Below, piece after piece: positions 37,794 through 64,000 of a stretch of DNA of 64,000 nucleotides (position 1 is its first letter; every line of letters begins with the position of its first letter). The notes under the pieces were generated by a model. It was not told the origin of the DNA. It saw nothing but the letters and a program-made list of their open reading frames with translations, and ran no database searches. The position numbers and the translations under genes were made by a program. Source of the stretch: the human T2T-CHM13v2.0 reference genome, Homo sapiens; the NCBI RefSeq assembly GCF_009914755.1, contig NC_060942.1; one strand, 5' to 3'.

Positions 37794-38663
37794 GTGAGGT
37801 ATTCATTCATTCCCTTAAAAAATAATTCGGGTCTTCCCCACTCAAGATGGAATGAAACGGACTGAATTTAACCCAATTTCTAAAAAAACTAGACAGAACA
37901 CATGAAAAAATCACTGTCATGACTTTAGACATCAGACAGCAAGGAACATTGATGTCTGAGAGACAGTAAACAAGTGGTACCTTCGGGGCTGATGCCTATC
38001 TTCATTATCTTTTTTTGAGACAGTCTCGCTCTGCCGCCCAGGCTGGAGTGCAGTGGCACAATCTCGGCTCACTGCAACCTCCGCCTCCTGGGTTCCAGCG
38101 AGCATATCCAGCTTATTTGTTGTATTTTTAGTAGAGACGGGGTTTCACCATGTTGGCCAGGCTGGTCTCGAACTCCTATACTCAAGTGATCTGCCCACCT
38201 CGGCCTCTCCCTCAGTGCTGGGATTACAGGCATGAGCCAACATCCGGCTGTAAGTTTATTATCTTGATTGGAGTGGTAAGTAGTTTCATGGGTGTATACA
38301 TATGCTAAAATGTATCAAATTGTAAGTTTTAGATATGTGTGGCTTGTTGCATCTCATTTATGCCTCAGTAAAGCTGTTAAAAAATTAGAAATACTCTAGA
38401 TATTATGAAGAAAGAGAGAAGCCTGCAGCACCAACCAGGCAGAAATATAATAGCTACAAGTGGTCCTAACTGGGGAGGAAGGGAAGTTTACCTTTGTATC
38501 CTTTACCATGTATCCTTTTATCAATAAGAGGAAAATTGATTAATATATTAGATTGAATCAAGACTTTATTTTTTTTAGACAGTCTCTCTGTGTTGCCCAG
38601 GCTCGATGGAGTGCAGCGGCAGGACCTCGGTTCACTGCAACCTCGACCTCCAGGCTCAGGTGA

Positions 38664-38864
<201 letters not shown>

Positions 38865-39184
38865 TAACTGAAAGTGACTTCAGGACATCAATATCTAAAA
38901 GTCATCAGCAAAATAATGGGATTTTTGTGAGTTTTCATCCTGGAAAGGAAGGACACCCACTGAAGGGGCTGAGCGAGGTGGTGGGAGTGGCTCTGATGTT
39001 GTACTGTCACCAGCAACACTCACGGGAGTCTCATCAATGATCAATGTGCTCGCTACTTGCCACTCAATAGATGCTTTACATGTTTTATCGCGTAAAATCC
39101 TCACAAAATGCTGGTATGTTCCATCTTCTCTTACTAGAGAAGGGGTCAACAGGGAAGAAGCAGGGAAACTGGTGGGGACACCAA

Positions 39185-40900
<1,716 letters not shown>

Positions 40901-40904
40901 GCTT

Positions 40905-41270
40905 CTCTGGGCTGGAGCCTGGAGTTCAGCTAGACGGAGATGCAGGTAGACAGCCATCAGCACAGGGCCAATGTGTGAAGGCAGGTAATTGAGATCATCA
41001 AGGAGTGGGTACAGCAGAAGCCCAGGAATGATCCCTGCAGTGTTAAGGGGCTGGGAGGAGCTAGGGACCAGCCCAGGAGGCTGAGGACAGCAGTGAAGTC
41101 AGAGCCGGAAGTGGCGAGCCGCCAGATGCACCTGGGAGGTCGGAGGACGAGCATGGACCACTGTGTTTGGCAGTGTGGAGATCACTGTGACCTTGAAGTC
41201 ACATGGGTGAAGGTGTGACATGGGGTGGGTGGGAGCCTGATTGACATGGGTTAGAGAGAATGGATATAAG
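40905..41270 (-). mobile_element. L2 fragment
   Basis: CTGGAGTTCAG...CCATCAGCAC...GGACCACTGTGTTTGGCAGTGTGGAGATCACTGTGACCTTG. Confidence 0.55.
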
Positions 41271-41499
41271 GACGTTTCTCTCCTGGTTGTGGCCAACTAG
41301 GTGAATCAGACTAAGGCTCCTACTGAGGGCAACGAAGTGCTCACAAGTTAGTTAGAAACTGTCAGCCCAGGATCCGAGAGAAGACAGGTTAAGTCAGCAT
41401 TTGTAAGCTGTTTTTGCCTAGGTGTTTTTTTTTTTTTTAAATCCAGACTACTAAGGCTGGGGGCCCTATGAAACTGCTAAGCACTGAGAGCTGAAAACC

Positions 41500-46600
<5,101 letters not shown>

Positions 46601-46787
46601 TCCAGCCCAGGTGACAGAGTAAGGTCGCTTTCCCCGGGCTCGGCCGGCCTCTCCACCCGGCGCTCGGGTGCTGCGCTGCCTGTTCCTGTTGCCACTTCGT
46701 GTAAGTTAGCGCAGGCAACAACACACAAGACCAGCACACGTGAAATGGTCCATTTTAATGCACTGCCCCCAGGGAAAGGAACATTAC

Positions 46788-47030
46788 CGGCTTCTGGCCA
46801 TGTCGTCTTCCCAGTCCCAGATGGCGGTTCCGGGTTTGGGCTCCGAGGCCCTTCGCAGCACTAGGGCGGCGCGAGTAGGGCCGCCCTCCGAGCCATGCTG
46901 CGGTCCGAGGTGACGCGCGCACGCGAGTTCGCGGACACGCACGAGACGCCCGGGCCACGGAGGCGCGGGGCTGGCCCAGGGTCCCCGCCAGGCCGAGCTC
47001 TAGGGCTGCCGGCCCGGCCCGGTGACCCCC
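46788..47030 (-). ncRNA. ZNF236-DT: Candidate first exon of a divergent lncRNA (ZNF236 divergent transcript)
   Basis: Left arm of the CpG island; minus-strand donor-like CCG|GTAATG at 46788/46787; the divergent transcript is recalled rather than shown, and exon limits are a guess. Confidence 0.35.
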
Positions 47031-47326
47031 GCGCTCCCCTCCGTCCGCTAAGGCCCCGCGGCGCCGCGCATGCGCCCCGCCGCCGCCGCCGCCCCCGCCC
47101 CCACCGCGCCCGCGCCCAACGCCCCCACCGCGGCCCGCGGGCCATGGAACCCGCCAAGGCCGGCGCGGTTCGAGCGCTCCGGTGCGCGCGTTCAGGCGCC
47201 TTTCCCCCGTGAGCCCGGCGGCGCTCGGACCGGGCCGCCCGCCGCCGGGCAGCTCCGCCCGCCTCTAGCGCCGGCTGGGCGCGCCCCCGCCCCGGTGCCC
47301 GCGCGTGCGCGCCCCCGCCGCCGCGT

Positions 47327-47350
47327 GTGAGTGTGAGTGTGAGTGTGAGT
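47327..47350 (+). repeat. (GTGAGT)4 microsatellite in the 5' UTR of exon 1a
   Basis: Four perfect hexamers followed by degenerate GGGTGTGGGT, 30 bp before the ATG. Confidence 0.9.
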
Positions 47351-47379
47351 GGGTGTGGGTGCGAGCCGGGCCGCCGACG

Positions 47380-47434
47380 ATGCCGCGGGGCCGCCCCCCG
47401 AAGCCCAGGGAGAGCAAGGCGCGCGGCGACTCCG
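47380..47434 (+). CDS. ZNF236: ZNF236 alternative first coding exon 1a (MPRGRPPKPRESKARGDS + 1 nt, phase 1)
   Basis: ATG at 47380 (ccgacgATGc) inside the CpG island; 18 codons + G followed by strong donor CCG|gtaagg at 47435; same phase as exon 1b; peptide recalled as a ZNF236 isoform N-terminus; contains the AT-hook core RGRP. Confidence 0.85.
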
Positions 47435-47961
47435 GTAAGGCCCGCGGCCGCGCCCTCGCGCCCCGCCGGCGGCCGGTGCGGGGCCCGCGCCCTGCCAGTC
47501 CCCGGATGCGGCGCGGGGGGCGCCGGGAGCGGCGGGGCGGGGGCGGGGGCCGCGCAGACCCGGGCCGCCGCCGCCGCCGACTGGCCGGGCGGGCCGCAGC
47601 GCGGGCGGAATGATACGGGCGAGTCGCCGCCCGGCCCCTCCGCGCGCTGGGCCTACTTTCCTGGGCCGGGCGGCGGCTGAGGCGGGAGGCGGGAGGCGGG
47701 TGAGGGAGCAGGCGGCCGCCTCCTGCGCGCGCCCTGCCCCCGCTGGCCCTGCCGCGGCCCGCGCTGAACTTGAGGGAAAGTGGCCGCCCCGTGTTCCGTC
47801 CCGGGGCCGGAGGGCCGCGGGGCGCGCTGGGGAGGCGGCCTGGCCAGAGCCCGGGCCTGCGGATACCGCGCCCCGGGCTCCTCCCGGACGGCGCCCCCGC
47901 CCGACCCTGCGCGGCGCCGGCTGCCCCGGGGACGTTGGGCTCGGCCCACAGGGAGGCCGTG

Positions 47962-48328
47962 GAGCGCGGGGTCGTGCACACAGTAGGCGCCAGCGTTGTC
48001 CGGGAAGCGCAGGGTCGTGCACACAGTGTGCTCCAGTGTTATCTGGGGCGCGCTGTGGGGCGTGCATACAGTAGGCGCCATTGTGATCCGGGAACTTGAA
48101 CCCTGAGCCTCTGCAGACGCTGTGGGTAGTGCATACAGTAGGCGCCATTGTGATCCGGGGGGCTGGAACCCTGGGCATCTGGAGAGCGCTGTGGGTCGTG
48201 CAAACAGTAGGCACCATTGTGATCCGGGTAGCTTGAACCTGGAGCTTCTGGAGAGCGCTGTGGGTCGTGCATACAGTAGGCATCAGTGTTATGTGGGGAG
48301 CGCTAGATCGTGCACACAGTAGGCGTCA
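47962..48328 (+). repeat. Diverged 7-copy motif array (core GTCGTGCAYACAGTAGGCGCCA) between ZNF236 exons 1a and 1b
   Basis: Cores start at 47971, 48014, 48059, 48126, 48195, 48264 and 48307; periods 43, 45, 67, 69, 69, 43 bp. Confidence 0.9.
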
Positions 48329-49129
48329 GGAAGTGTTTTCCCCAGTAATTTATTCTCCATGGTACTTTGCTAAAGTCATGAAATAACTCAGATTTTGTTT
48401 TCCAAGGAAGGAGAAAGGCCCAGAATTTAAGAGCAGGCAGACACACAACCGGGCACCCCCAGACCCTGGCCCTTCCAGCAGTCAGGAATTGACTTGCCTT
48501 CCAAAGCCCCAGCCCGGAGCTTGAGGAACGGACTTTCCTGCGCAGGGGGATCGGGGCGCACTCGCCGGTGCCGCGGTTCCCAGGTCGAGGGCAGTGGGGT
48601 AGGGGGCGCCGCGCTTTTTCTCGCGGGCGCCGTGGTTCCCGTGCGGCCTTGGACGCGAGTCTCCCCCTGCAGGCCTGGTCCCTGGTCCTGGTCACCCGTG
48701 CAACTGGAGCGGCGCTCCGCGTTTGGAAAGGGTTTTGAAGGGGGTTCTAAGGGGGAGTGGGCGCCTAGGACTCCCTATGGGAGTCGGTGGGTTATACCTT
48801 GACTGCCGTTGATTTTTATTTAACTGTTTAGCTTAGTGACTCAAGTGTTCCCCTTTTCTTGGGGATGAGTAAACTGAGGCTCATTAAAGAGCTTGTGACC
48901 AAACAACACAGGTGCCCCAGAGAAAGGTCGGGCCTGGAAACTACAAAGGATTGTGTTAATTTTGTGTTTAGGAAGAAAGAGGTAATGGGTAGGAATCAAT
49001 GTAAACTTATTCATAGGCCACACCAAACCAGGAATTCTTGTCGTGATTGCACTTGGTAGAGTTAACACACGTGCACATTACGGAAACGTTGGTGACCAAC
49101 AGGCGTTTCAGCGAGCTTTCGCACACCTC

Positions 49130-49178
49130 ATGGGCCTTTGTGGGCTGCTGGAGAGATGTTGGCTGCACCATGACCCAG
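49130..49178 (+). CDS. ZNF236: ZNF236 alternative first coding exon 1b ([16 protein letters not shown] + 1 nt, phase 1)
   Basis: ATG at 49130; 16 codons + G followed by donor CAG|gtatgc at 49179; peptide matches my recollection of the ZNF236 N-terminus ([22 protein letters not shown]...). Confidence 0.85.
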
Positions 49179-50042
49179 GTATGCAGATTTGTAGTTGGAT
49201 AACAGCAGTGCTCAGAATTTTGATTAATGGTTGATGGTGTCTGGCCTTTAAGGAAGTCTTTGTTGCCTCTCCCGCTTTTGAGTTTTGGCCTTGACCTTAT
49301 TTCGTTAGTTTAATTGTTTTGTTAGTATGCCATCTGCCAAAAATAATGTAAGGTGCAGTGTCTCAGTTACTTGGAAGAAGGCTTAGGATAGAGAAAGAAT
49401 GTAAAATTTCCACGGCCACAGGCGGGGCACCCATTCCCCCAGTATCCCCATCTCACCGATGGTATCCCTGTCCACCTGGTGTTTCACCCTCAGGCCTCAA
49501 GAATTATTCTATTTCTTTTATCCCCCAACACACTTCCTAATTTAGTGTTGCAGCTTCTACCTCGGGAATGTATTTCCAGTGGGCCCTCCTCTTTCCATCT
49601 CCAGAGATACCCTCTGACCCAGCCTCCCTCTCCGGGCTGGAGAGCTGCAGGAGCCCCCTTCCTGGGCCCTGCTAGTCCTGGGCTCCTGTAAATAAATCTG
49701 TCACTTGTCAGCGTGGATGAACTTGTTAAATGTAAATCAGATGGCTACACCCTGATTAAAAGCGTGCATTGGCTTCCTCATCCCTTTAACAGAAACCCAT
49801 TCCTCCAGGATCCTGTTGATCGGGCCTTGTCTGACTCTTCTCTCTTTCCTTGCTCTGGCATGCAGTCTTTTGTGTTCCTTGATGCCACATTAGTTTTTGT
49901 CTTAGGGCATTTGCCATTTCCTAGTCTGAGAAGCACTTTTTGCTAGTCTTGTGGCTCCAAGTGATTTAGCGTCTTCAGAGAGGCCTTCCTCAAACCTGCT
50001 TAAAAGTTACCTTTCCCTTCTGAACACCAGTCCTCCTGTAGC

Positions 50043-50735
50043 AAAGTGGTTCTCAAACTGTGGTTCCTGGACCCCTGGGGGTTCCCTGAGATGTTTTCAG
50101 GCTTCTGTAAGGTAAATATCATAGACTAAGACTGTTAGGCTTTTTCACTCTGTTAATTTTTGCACTAATTGTACAAAAGCAGTTGTTGGCACAACTGCTG
50201 ACATCTTAGCACGAATCTAGGTGGTGGTGGCGGTGCCTAAGAGTGAGGCTGTATTACCTTCATGTATCACAGTCAAGAAGAACAGGTTGCACCAGAGAAA
50301 ATGCAGAATAGATATGACAATCCAACTGTCTTCTGTTAATCGAGACATTACAAAGATTTGTAAAAATGAAAACCATTCTTAACTATTTTTGGGGAAGACA
50401 TATTTTTCATAAAAATAATTATGTTAATGTGTAGTAGACATTTTAAATAAGTAAATATTTTAAAAATTGCTTAGTTTTAATTTCTAATAGGACAAACATC
50501 AATAGATATAACTTACATAAACTAGAAGGCTTCTAGGGCCTCTTTTTTTTTGTTTTGTTTTAAATAGAGATGGGGTTTCACAATGTTGCCCAGGCTGGTC
50601 TTGAACTCCTGGGCTCAAGTGATTCTCCCACGTCAGTCTCCCAGAGTTTTGGGATTACAGGCATGAGCCACTGCTTCCAGCTGAGGGCTGCATTTAAGAA
50701 TGTATCAAGGGGTCCTGAAACCAAAATGAGGGACA
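50043..50735. mobile_element. hAT-Charlie family DNA transposon with an inserted Alu monomer (50540-50682, -)
   Basis: GTGGTTCTCAAACTGTGGTTCCTGGACCCCTGGGGG start; GGGGTCCTGAAACCAAAA end. Confidence 0.65.
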
Positions 50736-50870
50736 TTGCTCTATCACTTACTGTGTTAATCACATTTCTCGTAAGTGAAGTGGTTTTATTTTCTTTGTTG
50801 CCCTATTATGAATTTCATTCCTAAGAAAACTCTGCAAGGGATGTAGGGATTTTTACAGATAGGGGAATGA

Positions 50871-54940
<4,070 letters not shown>

Positions 54941-55309
54941 GCTTTACCTGTTTTTGAACTAAATTGAATTTATAGTATGAACCCGTATTTTTTTCTGGCT
55001 TGATTCATTCAATATTTATTTTTATGAGATTTTTCCTGTTGCTATGCAGCAGAACTGTGTTTATTTTGATAAGTATATAGTATTACATTATATGAACCTA
55101 CCATAAATTACTCTTCTCCTCTTGATATTTGGGTTATTTCCAGTTTTTGGCTCTTTTGAATAAGTGTTGCTACAAACTTTTATGTATTTATGGGCCGTAG
55201 TGGATACAGCCAGCCAGTCGCCCAGTGACAGTCCTGGCTTCCTCTCCTACCAGCAGGGGATGAGCGTGCATTTGTTCCGCAGGCTCGGTAGCACTTATTA
55301 TTGCCTCTC

Positions 55310-55522
55310 CCCGGAGATTCAATCTTTCAGCTTCCCTGGGCCACATTGGAAGAACTGTCTTGGGCCATACATAAAATACGCTAACACTAATGATAGCTGG
55401 TGGAGTTAAAAAAAAAAATCTCAAAAAAAGTCTCATAATGTTTTAGGCAAGTTTACGAATTTGTGTTGGGCCATATTCAAAGCCGTCCTGGGCTGCATGT
55501 GGACTGTGGATTGGACAAGATG
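55310..55522. mobile_element. MER30 DNA transposon
   Basis: CTTCCCTGGGCCACATTGGAAGAA...GTTTACGAATTTGTGTTGGGCC...TTCAAAGCCGTCCTGGGC. Confidence 0.85.
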
Positions 55523-55529
55523 GGCCTGT

Positions 55530-62700
<7,171 letters not shown>

Positions 62701-63275
62701 CAAGACACATTAAAATGGATAGATAGCCATTAGAATTAGTTATTTGTGTATCACTTAACGTCACCTCACAAATTGTTGGTGGTACATGTCATATTTAGAA
62801 GACATTGCACATTTTTAGGAAATACATACCTTTGCATTGTTGGGCAGCAAACTAGGCTCAAATACTCATCATCACATTTATCAGCTTGAAAATGCTTGGC
62901 AGAGAACATTCAGTGGAGGGGTTAAAACATATGGAGTGAAGTACATTGATCTTGGGCACAGAAGTCAGAAAGAGACAACTGTCTTTATTGTGTTAATTTT
63001 CATAAAGTTACTATTTAGGAGAACAACCAGTCTTTCTATCCCATGACTAAGACAAAGGGCCTTATCAGCTTTAGGGAGATTATGGTTAAGTAAACATTAG
63101 AGCTTTTTACTGTAGAAAATAATGCATAGTGCATGTAAACCTTTAATGCCTTTATCTCTCAGAGACTTCACTGTGGTGGGAGGAGTGCTGTGACCTGTGG
63201 AAAGTCGTGGAAATTTCAGGGATTGCAGTCGTGATGGCTGTGATTCCAGATGGAGTCATAGTTTACAGTGTAGTG

Positions 63276-63440
63276 CAGGAGTTGGCAAGTATTCTTTATG
63301 TCAAGGGTCAGGTGGTAAATGTTTTAGGCTTTGTAGGTTGTACGGCCTCTGTCGTGACTACTCAGATCTGCTATATGCCTGAGTTTCAGCAAACCTTTGT
63401 GTACCAAAAAAGGCTAGGCCACAGTTACTTGACCCCCAAT
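63276..63440. mobile_element. MER58-like DNA transposon
   Basis: CAGGAGTTGGCAAG...GTAAATGTTTTAGGCTTTGTAGG...GCCACAGTTACTTGACCCC. Confidence 0.7.
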
Positions 63441-63489
63441 CTAGAGGAAAAGACAGGAAGAGAAAAGAAAGTTATGTATTATAGCACTT

Positions 63490-64000
63490 TACTTTTGAGT
63501 AAACTATATTGATATATAACACACAGAGAAGAACAGAAATTGTGGTTGGCTCAATGAATTTTTCTCCAAGAGAACTCACTTATGTAGTCAGCACCTAGAT
63601 TAAGAAAGAAGACATTAAGTGGCACCCTAAGAAATCTTCACTGTGCTCCATCCCAGTAAGGACCCTCCTTGTTGCGACTAGCCACTTTGCTGATTTCTAA
63701 CAACGTAGGTTAGTTTTGCCTATTTGTTTAACTTTTTAAATAAAATGAAACCATACAGATTGTTTTCTTACGTCTGGCTTCTTTTGGTAAAAATGTGAGA
63801 TTTGTCCGTGTTTTTATGTAGAGCAGAAGTTTGCTCATTCTCACTGTTTGATAGTATTCCATCATAAAATCTCCTCCAACATATTTGCCCCTTCTGTTGT
63901 TGGAGGGCATCTGTGTTGCTTTTTGTTGCTGCTGTTGTAAATTGTGCTACTGTGAATGTTTAAACATGGCGTTTGGGTGCACATACGTACACATTTCTGT
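63490..64000 (-). mobile_element. Old L1 (L1ME-like) 3' end
   Basis: TTAGTTTTGCCTATTTG...GTCTGGCTTCTTT...TAGTATTCCAT antisense L1 3'UTR text. Confidence 0.7.

Larger units (their letters stand above)
46620..48800. promoter_or_regulatory. CpG-island (probably bidirectional) promoter of ZNF236
   Basis: Very high GC and CpG density; perfect NRF1 palindrome GCGCATGCGC at 47066-47075 and NRF1-like GCGCGTGCGC at 47301-47310; YY1-like CAGATGGCGG near 46817; many GC boxes; no TATA box. Confidence 0.93.

Noticed and set aside
47192-48283. 363-aa and other long ORFs across the CpG island
   Set aside because: Stop-poor GC-rich DNA and tandem repeats give open frames on both strands with Arg/Gly/Pro/Ala-biased junk translations
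47962-48328. CRISPR-like repeat/spacer appearance
   Set aside because: The linkers are homologous to each other, the context is primate genomic DNA and there are no cas genes; it is a diverged tandem array
49130-49160. N-myristoylation/palmitoylation signal in exon 1b (MGLC...)
   Set aside because: Lacks the preferred Ser/Thr at position 6; too weak to claim from sequence
63247-63290. ttccag|ATGGAGTC (DGV...) as ZNF236 exon 2
   Set aside because: It continues DGVIVYSV rather than the recalled DGVLTLNAEN, has a weak pyrimidine tract, runs into a MER58-like element and has no zinc finger

Overview
This is primate (very probably human) genomic DNA with no prokaryotic features. It is dominated by Alu, L1, L2, LTR and DNA-transposon remnants plus five minisatellites. 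A large CpG-island promoter (~46.6-48.8 kb) holds two alternative phase-1 first coding exons on the + strand: MPRGRPPKPRESKARGDS|gtaagg and [16 protein letters not shown]|gtatgc. I recognise these from memory as the N-termini of ZNF236 (18q23). The rest of the window to the right is ZNF236 intron 1, which contains an antisense processed RPL26 pseudogene; exon 2 is not in the window. The left 46 kb is upstream/divergent-lncRNA territory with two convergent LTR12 solo LTRs, a MER4A-type LTR whose promoter module is tandemly amplified, a truncated Hsmar1 mariner fused to a U6 fragment, and several VNTRs. Almost all ORFs in the track are repeat- or GC-driven artefacts. Repeat subfamily names come from recalled consensus sequences and repeat boundaries are approximate. 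I found no clearly new biological system. The best leads are regulatory: an AT-hook present only in exon 1a, a 7-copy motif array between the two first exons, and LTR promoter VNTRs.
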